Below, in pieces: positions 11,950 through 25,860 of a DNA stretch of 64,000 bases. This DNA is from Nageia nagi (taxonomy: Eukaryota > Plantae > Pinophyta): assembly GCA_050084985.1 (NCBI GenBank), contig JBITNC010000001.1:3906001-3970000 (forward strand), in the 5' to 3' direction. The position numbers were made by a program, and so were the translations under genes. A model generated the notes under the pieces. It searched no databases. It saw only the letters and a list, made by a program, of their open reading frames with translations, and had not been told where the DNA came from. Within the stretch, counting starts at the first letter, position 1. Each line of letters opens with the position of its first letter.

Positions 11950-14900
11950 TTGCATTGTTGAAGGGTTGTAAAATAGGAGTAGTTTCTAGTATGAACTCCT
12001 AGGATACTAAGATTAAAATAAAAATTTATGAGAAATCAAAGCGATAATATTTGATGTTAATATGAATCATAGAATTAATACTCAAGGATATTGTCTAACT
12101 CATTAGCTCATCCAAAAAATGTCATAACAATGCAATGGCCTCACATTTTGATAAGCATGTCCACTCAATGTAGAAGCATTTACTTAATTCATATAATGAT
12201 TATGAAAATGGTTGTTGAATACTCCTAAGAATTGATTAGGTGGTGCAATTGGATTTTTTGTTGATATTTTCTCATTGTATATAAGATCTTGGATTACTTT
12301 TTTCAATCACATTCATCCATTTGTGCTATGTCCTTTTTGTCTATGATACTTATAATATTTGTTATGTTTATACCAAGGTTTAATGGATTCATAAGGATTA
12401 TCTTTGAATTCTAGAAATGTTATCATATTTTCTTCAAGAAATCTTTGAAAGATATTCTCCAATGGTTCCACCAAACGTGTAAAATTTAGAATTACTTTTG
12501 ACAATAAATTTGCTTGATTATTGTTGTATTTCCCTTGAGGTTGAGCTTGTAATGTTACTTGTGAGTATTTTTATTGTTGTGGCACTTATTGAGATTCTAC
12601 TTGATTCACTTGTACCATATTGCTATTATTAGAATCATTCTTATTATTATAACAATTGGAACACTTGTTGTCACTTCTTGGATTATTATCCTTTCAAGCT
12701 ATTTTTAATTCTGCATTTTAGCATCATGACTTTGTCAATTATCTTAGCTTGGTCTATTTCCTATTAAAATATATTATTTTGTGGTATTTTAATGGTGGTT
12801 GTTATATGCTGAGAATAAATATTACTAAAAGCCTTACCAACTCTTCTTGAGGCAATGGAAAATTCATATCTATAATAACATTTCTCCACCTAGCCACATA
12901 ATCTGTAATAGACTCTTGATCATATTTTGCAAGCTTTTTCAAGTCAATAATTGAAACCTCTTCTTAACATTAATTGATAAATGTTTTGGGAAAGGAGTTT
13001 CTAATTGTTCAAAACTAATGTTTTGGCAAATAATTATAGCAATGCCATTGCTTTCCCTCCAAGGGTCATCAGAAAAGTCTTCAACATAAGAGCATAATCA
13101 TGAGCTATTTAATAATGTGAATATGTATATTACCTTATATGTTCCTTAGGATCATATTTACTCTTAAACTTATCAATCTTAGGCATTTCAAAATTAGATA
13201 TGGAATCATTGCAACCAAGGGGTTGATGGGTTAATTATAAACATCATCATAATTAAGCTTGACATTTCCTTTGTTACTTGCTTTAAGCTCTAATTCTTGT
13301 AACCTTATCATAATCTTATCCTCATTACTTGTTGAATATTTACCTTGTTGTAGAAATGGTTGTTGAGATATAGAAGTTGGATAATTTTAGCCTATTTGAT
13401 TAACTTGTTGATATTGGGAGTCACACATTAAATTCACTTGCCTCTCAAAAGTATGAACTTAAGGATTGTAAGAAAATATATTTTTTTGAACCCAAGGTTG
13501 ATATGGGTTGATTTGAGATTGAAAATTAGATTGGAAACCTTGATTAATAGGTGTTTGGGATTTATAAGAAGATTGTTGTACATCTTAATGATTTCAATTA
13601 AAGTATTAATGTGTACTTTGTGATGTTTGAGCTTGAGCTTGCTAAATATTTTGACATAATTATGATATGCATTTTTGTAATACATCAACAATTTGTTGAT
13701 CTTGGAAATTAGGTTATGTATTACCTTGTGACTGATTTTGAATTGATTGTGCACCATAATATTGTTGATTTTGATTTTATGCACCAAATAATGGTTGTGA
13801 TTGTTGATAAGATTGTGCACTATTATGATTTTTATTAGAAAATATTTTGCACCTTGTGAATTTTTATAAAATCTATTTTGTACAACCATAAGGTTGTTGG
13901 ATTTGATTTTATGAAACAAACATTGGTTTGTTTGTTGATATACTTGTGCTCTATTCTTATTTGGATTAACATATTGTTGTGCACTTTGATAATTAGGAAT
14001 ATATTGAGATTGAAGACTTTGTTATTTATTGATGTTCTTTAGTGTTGGATTGATATTGTACATTTACTTGATTTTTATATTGTGCACTTGGATTTGGATT
14101 TATTTGACATGACCCAATTTGGTTTGATTGTACTTGTTGATTTTAAGATACTTGATGAGATTTCAATCTTGATTTTTGAGCACTTGAAGTTATTATTGGT
14201 TGTGCACTTGGTTGATTTTGCAATAATCTATGTTGTGAACCATGTTATTAAGGAGGATTTGATTTATAAAAAGCTTTTGGAAAATATTTTGAAGAGAATT
14301 AAGTTGCGAATTATGATGAAATCAACTTGATGAGAAGGATAATTTGGTGGTAGATCAATTATTCTTTGATGATAAGATTAAGGATTTTTAGAAGCTTGTA
14401 GATTATAAGGAGCATTTGTATTTTGAGATTGATATTGACTTTGGTTTGTAACTTGATTTTTAGGAATATTTGGAATTTGATATTGATTTTGAATTATATT
14501 TTATTTTGATTTTGCATTGAAATTTATGCTTGATTTGGAACTTCATTTTGATTTTGTATATGACTTTGATTTTGAATTAGAGTTTGAACTTAATTTTGAA
14601 TCGAGGTTTTAGCTTGATAAACATTAGAATTTGGAATTTGAGATTGAACTTGATTTTGTATTTCATTTTGATTTTGTATTTGATTTTGATCTTGCACTTG
14701 GGATTGATTTTGAGATCGAACTTGATTTTTAAATGAAGAATTTTAAGAACTCTTATATGATAATTGATTGAACCATATTTGATATGAAATTTGAGGATCT
14801 TCTTAATAGTTTGATTGAGCAAGGGGAACTAGATTTGAAGAAATTCGAGAAAGGGCTTTGTTGATTTCTTGAAGTGCAACTATGAAGGATTGTTGCTCTA

Positions 14901-15354
14901 TTCCTTGATAAAAAAATTTGATTGATTGGATGATTTAATGGAACATAATATGATTGTTCGATATCTTGATATAACATGTAATCCATTGCTTCATTATATT
15001 CAATTGAGCTATTTACATCTTGAGTATTGGGTGATTAATATTGCAAAGATCTTATTATGGACATTGGAGATTCATAGTATTCAATTTTTACTTGATTATA
15101 ATGAGCTAGAGTTAAAGGATCATTTAAGGGTTGTCCTTGGCTTAGTTGATAACTAAAACCTTAATTTATCAATCCAATGGTAATATTAGTTATTCTATAT
15201 CCCTAGACACATCAACTTGATTCATATTTTGTAAGGTATTTAGAGCTTATGAAAATATAATATGTTCATTACTCATCCTAGACTCTTATTGATTTTGTGA
15301 ATTATATTGATTTTTAATTTCTCTCATTTTAGTTTGATCCCTAGTTTCTACCAT
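11950..15354 (-). mobile_element. Decayed Ty3/gypsy gag with long Q/N-rich N-terminus
   Basis: Start MVETRDQ at 15354. Gag core around 12880-13200 (MPKIDKF..YDPKEH; ESITDYVARWR). C-terminal knuckle-like motif in ORF 12313-12504 (PWYKHNKYYKYHRQKGHST). No PR/RT motifs recognised after it. Confidence 0.8.
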
Positions 15355-15650
15355 ATCAATATATGGATCTACATATATAGGACTAAAATTTATGTTAATA
15401 TTAGGATTCATGAGAGTATTTCAAGGTTTGAACCTATGGTGATCTAAATGCCAAACAATTTAAGAAAATTGCCAATGATGTGCACACAAGTAAGCAAATA
15501 AATAATGATCCTATGGTTGATTGATTTAAATATTTTATTTATAGTTTATGTAATTAATAACACAAAACCTAGAATAATTTTTCAAAGCTAGCACCCCTTA
15601 GTGAAATTTCCCAATGGTGTGATATAAAACAATTGTGTCTTATCTTTTTT

Positions 15651-15702
15651 TTAGTTCTTTTAGGTTCAATTAGAATTTAGTTCTTTTAGGTTCAATTAGA
15701 AT
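15651..15702. repeat. Perfect 26-bp tandem duplication
   Basis: TTAGTTCTTTTAGGTTCAATTAGAAT x2. Confidence 0.9.
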
Positions 15703-16994
15703 TTATCTTATTAATAGGATTATTTTCCAATCTTTTTTAGTTTTCTTAAGATAAATCTAGATAGGTATTTTTGGGTATAGACACAATAACTATGGTTGTG
15801 GAACATTTAAAAGGAGAGACAAGTATCATACCTTGGGAGTTAAGTCTAAGTGTAGGTAACATCATGGGAATGAAGTCCACATGCCTTGATATAAACTTAA
15901 GTTTGTGATAAATGTGAAAAAATAAAATAAAAGTGATGCAAATATATATAATAATGCACTTCTTAATCCCTTCACAAAATGCAATAACTGCCAACCCAAG
16001 GATGATAGAACCTACTTTTTTCTTTTCAAAGTAAACTAATGAAATATTTGAATGTGATCAATAAAAAATAATCAAGTTTCCACAAAAGGAAATACCTTCA
16101 TGAATTCAAATTTTAAAAAATCAAATGTAATTTGAGAAGATGTAATAATCCCCCCAAATATGAATTTCATTCACTAATAAATATATGCAAGGTAGTCCTA
16201 AAATGGAAAGAGAAAATAAACAATATTGATAAGGTGTGGAAATAGATTCAAAAACTAACCTAGATGAGAATGCTCCACTCCAACTCCAAGGATGAATATG
16301 TGCTACAAGGTTACAAGTATCTCACTTAAAGAGAGATCTTATGCAAAATGCCAATTTTAGGCAACCTTGAATACTGAGACCAACACCTATAAAATAAGTC
16401 TAATAAAAGACCTAAATTATACATAAATTACTTGATTGTGTCAATCCAAATCCATGAAGCCTAATACAAAATTTGTAAATCTAAAATTCATAAATCAAAA
16501 TTGCACAAAAATGTGATCATGTTCCTAAAACACAGTAGCATTTACTAAGAAATGCAATCAAGACTACATTTACACTGTCACACTTATAAACCTATAAAGA
16601 GGGATTAAATCTAATGTATATTTATCTATTATAATATTGATAATAATGTGATATAAAGTAGAAGTCAGATTTATGAGAATTGGAATAAAATGAAATGAAA
16701 ATAACCCTTCCCCCAATCTTGATAATTTTACCACACAAAATGATCTAAAATCTCCACTAATACTAATAATCAAGACTTGAATCTTTATGAAAAGGTATAA
16801 GGGAAGAGGAGGCTCCTAATGGGCAAAGAAAATGAGAAAATAAAACTTAAAACTTGATAAAATCATATTCTATTTGTAACATGGTATGGGTCATGTTTCA
16901 CAATCCCAAATAAGATCATAGTTATTAGGAAATACAGAAGGGACATGTAACAATTCAAATTCACCTTGGATTACCTTTTCATATTTTATTACTT

Positions 16995-19900
16995 TGTTAT
17001 GTTGTGTAAGTTAGACACTTATTCTTTTGACATAAACATGTATACATCTTGTGTACCTATTTGATTGATGATATGATTATTCTATGATTAACATTAGAAC
17101 AATAATACTCTCATGTTAAATATTATCATATATGTTATTGTCCAAATTGCTTGTTGTGTTGTGTAAGAACATGTGTACAAAGGTGGGATGCTCTTGAGTG
17201 GATTGGAAGTGATAGCCTGATAGTGATTTCCAAGATTGTAATGATCCAAGGGAAACTCCCTAGACAACCATTGAGGTGAGAAACCAATATAGATGCATGA
17301 GGCAAGGACATACAACTAGATTGGAAGCCTTTTAGGAATTTATGTGAAATGCTTACTTGGTGTGTTGTCTTAATTGTACCATGGAAATGTTTGTTTCGTA
17401 AATGTTACCTCAGGGACTTATCAAGTAAAGTTAGTGAGTTAGTGTACTACAAAAACCCCTAACAAAATAATATTAGAAGGGTATAGTGATACTAAGATGT
17501 AAACTAGGTTAATTGATTAATTAATTATTAAAAAATAAATTATTAATTAAAGCCTAAATACTTTAAAAAATAATACTAATTATTATTATTATTATTTTAA
17601 GTGTTAAAATAATAATAGTTGTTTGAAATTATTATTATGAGAATAGTTAATTTAAGTGAATATTTTAGAAGCTAAAATATATGTCACTTATCCTATAGTA
17701 AAGATATAATTTCTATTGGATATTTGGTTAATTAATTATCCAAGTGTTATGATAATCATTATGTATTATTACATTACCCACACTATTTATTTAAATGAAT
17801 AATTAAATTATTTGAAAATAATTTGGATTATTTCTAAATTTATCTTAATAGCTAAAAATAACTCCTATTTATCTTAAGTGATAAAATAATTATAAATTGG
17901 AATATTTGTAACTAATTTGATCTTGTTTTTATTGTTATACACCTAATCCTTAGGGATTATGGTATAGATAGTATAGCATTAGTTACTTACTATATTTAGT
18001 ATATTTGTAGCTTTGTGTGTGCTAGAATTTAGAGAGTCATTTCTTGGAGGATATGAAGAGTTACATTGTATCTCAATGGTCATCCAAGAAGGTGAATGTG
18101 AAGAGTCAATATTCTTTTGTATTAAGGAAATATTCTAACCTAATACAATATTTTTTGATCTTGGAGTTATCTCGACCTAGCATTGGTATCAGAGCTATGA
18201 GGTTTTCACTCTCTAACTTTATGAGAATCAAAGAGTAACTCTACCCAAAATTTTTCCAAAATTATTTTTCTATATTTTTTGTAAATTTTACTGATTAAAA
18301 TCCATTTATAAGCTCATTTTTGGATTCCTCTCATCGTTCTATTCATTTTGATATACAACATGACCTACTTTGGAGCAAAAATGGTGAAGTTGTATACATT
18401 TGAAGTTTCAAACTAATTTATGGTTATCGAGAATGGTTTTTGCAATATGTTGGTGGTTTTTCTAAAATTTGTGTAAGTAATTTTGAATGGTTTTATGCTT
18501 CTTGAGGTGGTTTTCACATTAAAGTTCATTTACTAGCTTGAAACCCAATTTACTTGAGTGTCATGCCTATTCCTGTTTATCGAGTCCAACCCCACACCAC
18601 TCTATCTACCTAAAAACCTATTGAAAACTTCCCTTACACACTCCCTTCCATTAGCATGCCTCCAATTCACCTTCCTACATATGTATGCCCTTTCAAACCA
18701 CCACCATCATGCTTCCTATGTGCCATCTTTGCCTTCTCCTTGCATGCTCCTCAACATTGTACATGCTTACCATCAAAATTTCATCCTCCCGTCGGACCTC
18801 GTCCACTAAATCAAAGCCACCACCTGATGTCACCCATCCATTTTCTCCCTCCTTTGCTTATTATGATAGAACCCCTATTTACCACTTCCCTTTGCATGCC
18901 TCCCATACTCTGCACCTCCTATGCACACTCATCCCACCTCTACGAGCCCCATTAAACCCTTCCTCGCATTGCACTCCACCCTGGACCATCCTATCTATTT
19001 CCCTACCCTGCATGCATTATAGAGACCACCACCATTCACTAGCACTTAAAAACTAGCGTGCACCCATGTGGACTCCTATGCATTAGGTGAAATGCATGCC
19101 TCAATCCAGTTAGCACCCTCTAAGCTATCTACCATGTGGACAGTTTGATCACCATGTTAGCATTGCCAAGTTAGCTACCACATCATCCAACCACATAACT
19201 TGCCATGTTAGCATTAGTTCATACCACATAAGCACTCTACCACATTATTAGGCCACCCTTACCACATCATCCCACCCTGCATAGTTAGCATTCTACCTCA
19301 TAAAATGTGCCTAGTCAGCATTTTGAGGTGTTTTTTGGCCTTTTAATCTTGAAAAGTATTTTGGCCATAACTTCTTCATTTTTTGTCTATTTTTAGAGAT
19401 TTATTTTTCATTAGATTTAGAATTTTCATGGCTATAGTTTGAGATGGTTTTTAGATGTTGAAAATATATAAATTCTGATAAAAAAATACAAAATTTGTGA
19501 AACTTATTTTTTGGGCAAAGATCACTTAAAATTGAAAATTTTGAGATATTGAAGTTTTGTTAAAAATGCATTCACTTGTAAGCATTGTTAGAATTGTGTT
19601 AATTGGTAAAGAAATTTGGTTGGCGTGGTCTAGAAAAATTAAGCATACCTTGATTTTTAATGATTTTTAGGTTGATGTGTGTGTTGATGATAATCAACCT
19701 ACCAAACCAACTGATGTTAAGGAGCTTACGGTTTGGAAGATGAAAAATAATAAGGCACATTCTTTGATTGCTTCTTTTTTTATTAAGTAGGTTAACTGAC
19801 ATATTATCTCCATATATGATGCTTGGAATACATTTAAAAAACTCAAAAGACTTATTTGACTCCCTTTCTAAATTGGAATTGATCCAACTTCAATTGAAAC

Positions 19901-21321
19901 TTTTTAACCTAGAGTTAAAGAATGATGATCCCATGGTATTGGTTTTTTAATTTGAGCCACAATGCATGACATTGACTCTACTGGTATGAAGATTGATATT
20001 GCTCTCATAGCTTTGATTAAGGCATTCTACCTGACATATTCCAATTATCTTGAATCCTTACAAGCTAGTGGTAACTTGAAGTCTCTCACATTTGATACTT
20101 TAGCAAATAAGATTGCAAAACATGAGAATACATTTGGAAAAAAATATAGAGATCCTACTTCAAACACATTGTGTATTTCTCAAAAGGGAAAGAATGTTGC
20201 AAATGATTCTTCTTGAGGTGAAAGTAGCAACCATGGTCATGGTAGGAGGAATCATAGAGGCAAGGGAAAAGATCTAATCAAGGTGATCATGATGAGAGGG
20301 ACAATCTCCATTGTAAAAGATGTGATAGATGAGGCCATGAAGCTAATACATATCGTACTCCATGGGATAAGATCAAAGAAAGGAAGGAAAAATAGGAGTA
20401 AGATAAGAGTAAGAATTCTGATTTCGCCCACTATGTTACAACATATTGTAATAATACAATTGAAAATTTATGTACTACTTCATTTGTATCTTGGGAGGAT
20501 GCATGGTTGCTTGATACTGGTGCTACATGTCATATGATATTTTGAAGAGAATTCTTTGAAGAGATGAATATCAACATTGATGGTGTAGTATACTTTGTTG
20601 ACAAATCTTATATCAAACCTTTAGGTATTGGTACTATGAGACTCAAATTGCCAGGCCTTCCATATATGGTTCTTTGTAGTGTGCTCTATCTTCCTCAATT
20701 ACGAAGGAACCTATTATCTTTTGTGCTCATTTGATAATAAGGACACTCCATTCATATGTTTGATGGCATCATGGAGATAAGGAGATCTTTGACAACAAAG
20801 TTGTGATGACTGGTGGGGAGGATGAGAAGTTATCAAAGATGCATGGAAGTTCTACCAAATCAACAAATTATGCCTACCTCACCCTTTAAGAAAAAGGTAA
20901 TCTCTCATCTAGTCTTTTGTGGCATGCAATATTTGGCCATCTTAATTTTGATGATCTCCATTTGTTAAAAAAGAGAGGTTTTTTGGGATTGCCTACTATT
21001 CTTATGAACATAGAACCTTGTGAAGCATGTGTCCTAGGAAAGCATAACAAATAAGCTTTTCATGATTCAAATTTTAGAGCATGTAGAAAACTAAAACTTA
21101 TTCACTCTGATTTGTATGGAACATTACCTATCCCTTTTTCTATTGGAAATAAATATATCATGACTCTCATAGATGATTACACTAGGATGTGTTGGGTGTA
21201 TTTGTTGAAGAATAGGTCTGAATGTTTTGAAAAGTTTAAAGAATTTCATGTGATGATTGAGCAAGAAGCTCACACTCATATTGGCACACTTCATTCTGAT
21301 AATGGGGGTGAATACACTTAA
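16995..21321 (+). mobile_element. 3'-truncated Ty1/copia element (5' LTR, PBS-Met, gag, protease, integrase N-terminal half)
   Basis: Perfect PBS TGGTATCAGAGC at 18184-18195 after the LTR end ...CTAGCA (18182). Gag ~19600-20460; protease WLLDTGATCHM ~20505; LWHAIFGHLN ~20920; CEACVLGKH ~21020; integrase IHSDLYG..IDDYTRMCWVYLLK..LHSDNGGEYT, stopping at 21321. LTR start is tentative. Confidence 0.9.
18184..18195 (+). promoter_or_regulatory. Primer-binding site, tRNA-iMet
   Basis: Exact TGGTATCAGAGC one base after the LTR-terminal CA. Confidence 0.9.
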
Positions 21322-22149
21322 ATCATGGCCAAGTTTTACTCTGTTATATTAATCATACCTACGTAAATTTTTCTTTTCTTTCACAAAGATTTCAAGTTAA
21401 TTAAAATCCCTAATTTTTTTATAATTAACAATTCCTTTATTTCTATTAGCTTTCTAAAAAATATATTCAATCTAAAAAATGTGATGCAATGCACTTTACA
21501 AGTGAATGATATTCATAAAACATGAAAATATAATAACATTTTTTAAATAGATTATAATAAGTTGAAAATTTAAATATAGTTCTGTTAGCTAGGTTTATTA
21601 CTATTCTCAAAACATATATGAAAAAAAATATTATTTTATATCTTGGGAAATAAATTTGGTACCCAAATCCTAAAAAATCATCTAATAAATTAGAACGAGT
21701 TAAAATTTTAAATGTAGGGTGCTTACCTAGCTTTTAGTCTTCTCAAAAATAAATATGGAAAATTTGTTGATTAGTAGTATAGAGAGCAATCTTTGTAGAG
21801 AAATTTATAATAATTCAATCAATATAGCTTCAATTCCTTTGAAATTTGGTATGCTACTTTCTCTCATATTATCATCATTGCTTCCAAAAAATACAAAAAC
21901 TTTGGCATTTTTTAACCTTAGGGGGCATTTTCTTTTTTAATTAAATTGGTGGGTGGATTTTAAGGATCTAAAACCTTTACAATTCAGCAAAAAATATATA
22001 AGTTCATTGTTCACTGCTTTTATATGATGACTTCTATAAAAATAGAAGGAAAAATATTCATTTTGTGACATGACAATTTACAAAATGCTACTACTACAAT
22101 GAGTTAAGAAAACTAAAAGAAACAACACACATGATATTACTAATCACTA

Positions 22150-22810
22150 CAAACTTTCATGATCATGGCCTTTACCTTTTTCAATTGCTTGGAAACCTCC
22201 TAGAAGTTTTAGTTCTTGAGATTCTTAAAGCTCATCCTTGTCTTCAATAGTTCCTATACAGTGTCTAATTCACATAAAACATAGGGACTACCTCAATTTT
22301 TCTTATTTTTCACTTAGTTGTACTCTTTGGAGTTGTCTTTTGGGAGGGCCTCTATGTTGGTCACTAGAGTCTCTTCTTAATATCCCTCAACCTCAACCAT
22401 TGTCTTTGGAGACTTCTTTCAAATTTTTTACTTCCTTATGATTTTTGTTCTTGATTGTCCTCTTTAAAAGCTCTCTTCTTATCTTATTTAGTCAACATGT
22501 GAATTTAGTCCTCAAACTCCTCCATGAAGCTTTTTCTTTTTTTCTTCTATCCAAGTTCCATATCTTTTGGATCTTTGTTCCACCCAAGGTTGTGTTGGCC
22601 ATGCTTGTAGAAAACCATAAACAAACCCTGATGTAGTGCTACCTTAGTCTTGCCTCTTTGGAAATGCTTTGTTGCCTTATTTAACTCACTAAAGAGATAA
22701 TATATAATATTGATTATCTTCCCCCATCTTAAATTGTTAAGAATCGATAAGTGATACACACAAACCCAAATGGTCTTAGTGTATAAGTCAAAATAATTAA
22801 CGATAGTCTT
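22150..22810 (-). pseudogene. 3' part of a TE-associated (PMD-like) ORF split by the 22811-31309 insertion
   Basis: YHLSILNNLRWGKIINIIYYLFSEL..ALHQGLFMVFY (ORF 22547-22759) parallels VNLPYFLFHSL..IFHQGLIKILI in ORF 33902-34084. Confidence 0.55.
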
Positions 22811-23525
22811 TGTAGATGCCTAAAAATGATTTATTATTTATTTAATAAATCATATTTAGACTTCTTAAATGATTAATGGCAATAATATATAAATCAAGAT
22901 AAAGTTGATATTACAATGCAATATCATTTACCATGATTCATATTTTAAGTTATATTGAATATAGCAAAGATTATTATTATTGCTAGAAGTAAGCCTCATT
23001 ATTCTCTATGTCCTTTATAGGCTATAAATACAGGATAAATAGGTTGATTTTCACATATGGGTATTCCTTATGATATGATAAAGAACTCTGATAGGTGGTT
23101 TTCAACTGTAATGGTATCTTTGGATGCCACATATCATTAAGAATTTATTATACTCTAAGCCCTAAACTTTCCTCTCTTATGCACTACATGATTTATCAAG
23201 ATCCATGCCACTAGTGGCCTACTGCTCCTACATCATTAGTGGCATGCACTATCTAGATTAGGAGGTCTAGATTTCAATAATTGACTCATTGCTCCATTCT
23301 TGTGAAGATTTGTTGCAAGCTCATCCCAAATTCGATCCCAATCCTCTGAATATTCACTACTATTTGCTCTTAAGGATTGTACACATACTCACTCTATATC
23401 AAGTTCATGTGTTTCATGTATATTTGTTGTAATTTGATATAGAGAATATTGTTGTATAATCATTATATTCTGAAGACCATTTATTTATTTGTGTTTATTC
23501 ATAATTACACAATTTGAGGTCTACA
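22811..23525 (+). repeat. 5' LTR
   Basis: TGTAGATGCCTAAAAATG...AATTTGAGGTCTACA; contains CTATAAATA; roughly 85% identical by eye to 30595-31309. Confidence 0.92.
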
Positions 23526-23589
23526 TTTTGGTGAACCTAACATTCTTACACACCTAGATCTTGATCTAGAGAATCCTTTATAAAAATTC

Positions 23590-25860
23590 ATGAATCCATT
23601 TTCGCTATTATTCATTTCTTTACCTGAAGCTCTTCGAATAGTAGCTAAAGAAAATGATAAAACTAGGGTCTATTCTATCTATGTTTCAAAAAAGGATTTG
23701 AATGTAGAATAACCTAAAGCCTCTAGGGGTAAGGTTCATTTTAATGATATCCAAAGAAGTGTTAGGCATAACCTTGACTTACCTCTACAAGAACCTCATC
23801 TTGATAACCATATGGAGCCTGGTGCACATAGTGATACTGAATCTACTAGCTCTAGCAAGAAAATGGATATTATTGGTGAAACTCCTAATAGATTTAATAC
23901 AAAAATTGATCATTATGAATTTGAAACTATGATTTTGAATAGTAATGATGATTCATATGATATTAATGCTGAAATTAAAGAGTTAGATAAAATCCCTAGC
24001 CATATTCGATCTATTAAGGAATTATTATCTGATAAGGAAAAGTTGAAAGATTTTCTTACTCATAATGTTGAAACTGTTATTGATATTCTACCAAATTATG
24101 AATTATTAGAAGAGAACTTTACAACTCCATAATCATCAAATAGTTTATTTTCTTATTAAAATGCAGGTTCATCAAGATGGAGGGTTTCTACTATTAATTA
24201 AGATGTCATCAACAACATGTTGACCTGCACACACGTCACTAGTAACATGGAAGAAGATGCTATGAAACCTTTGAGTGAAGAGAAAGAAGATGTTATGAAG
24301 CCCCCAAGTGAAGTGAATATCAAGGACAATGGCATAGAAAGTGAAGATGAAGATTACAAATACCTGATTTTCAAACTTGATCACTTCAAAATTGGTATGC
24401 TCTTTAAAGGTAAGGGTATTTTGCATAATGAAGATCCTAACTTAAAAATTAGAGCATTGCTTGCTGATACTATTAACAATGCTTATCAGTGTCATCCTGA
24501 TTGGTCATAAGAGGAACACAATATTAAACTTGAAGTACTTCATGATGCTCAAGAAATCACATCCTTTTACAAACTTATTTTTAAGAAACAATTAGAGTTT
24601 ATTATAAAATTACTTGATAAACTTGAACATGAAAGGATAAATAGAATTGGGCCATTTGTTTCACTTGAAGTAAATGAGCTTATAAATGCAAATAAACCTA
24701 CTCCTCCAATTAATAATGCTCTACCTCAAACCCCTTCACCACCCTTGATAGCTATCAAACATTGTTAATATCAAACATTGTTAATAAAGTGACAAAGGAT
24801 AATGAAATTGAAAAATGAATTGCTTAATGATGATAAAGATGATTTCTTATTTTAATTGAAACATCCTTTGACTGATAGAATTATTTCTAAAGTACTTACT
24901 GGTAAAAAGAGTATAAAGTTTAAAAAATTTGATGGTTTGCAAGATCCAAATATGCATGTTAGAAAATTTCAAAAAGAGGTTATGGAATATGCTCATGATA
25001 AAGATATGCTTGCTAAATTATTTTCCTATAGTTTGAAAGATAAAGCATTAAAATGGTATTTTCTTCTTCCTAAAAAAAAGCATTGACAAATATGAAGGTT
25101 TGATACATCAATTTTTGACATACTTTAGATACAATATTATTAAGAAGGTACAATTCAAATATTTAGGTAAAATTAAGCAATTGCCTAACCAATCTCTATC
25201 TAATTTTGTAAAAATATAAAAACAAATGGCTAATACGATTACTATGCCTGAGCAAGATTTGAAAGATACATTTGCAAATGCTTTATTCCCTGTATATAAA
25301 TTATTGGTTATCTCTAATTATGATACGACATTGGGTGAAATGATGGTTATTTTGTTTAAAAAAGAGGCTTGCATAAAGAAATTGTATGATATGTGTAATA
25401 AAAAACCTCACAAACATATGAAAAGAAAATGCAAACTTCTAAAAGTAATTAAAAACCTGAAGTGCATAATGTTGATTAAAGAAATAATAAACTTCAAAGG
25501 AAATTTACAAAATTGACTGATACCGTTGATAATATTCTTAATGTGTTATTGAAAGAAGACCTTATTGAGCTTCCACAAATTGTTCAATCTCATTTTCATA
25601 ATGGTGTGCCTAAAAATTATAGATATGAGGAATTTTGCAATTATCATAGGACATTAGGATTCCTAACAAGCAATTGCAGGGTTCTAGGAAATATCATTCA
25701 AGATTTCATTGACAAGAAGGTAATTCAGATGAATGATAATACTGCTACAAATGATAAGCTTGTACACCTGATAATGGGTAGTTAGGAGTATTTATAAATC
25801 ATTTACCAACTTCACAACCAAAAGGCTTCATTGGCATGGTAAGTACTTCACATTGCATAA
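23590..25860 (+). mobile_element. Degenerate gypsy gag
   Basis: KFKKFDGLQDPNMHVRKF..DMLAKLFSYSLKDKALKWYF (24856-25086) and EEFCNYHRTLGFLTSNCRVL..IQDFID (25513-25785); frameshifted. Confidence 0.85.

Noticed and set aside
13434-13919. 161-aa K/I/N-rich ORF as a novel protein
   Set aside because: It is an alternative frame of the Q/N-rich gag region, open only because of low complexity.
18184-18195. tRNA gene fragments (also 3086, 23529, 32434, 63038)
   Set aside because: These are short complements of tRNA 3' ends next to LTR termini, i.e. primer-binding sites; no cloverleaf.
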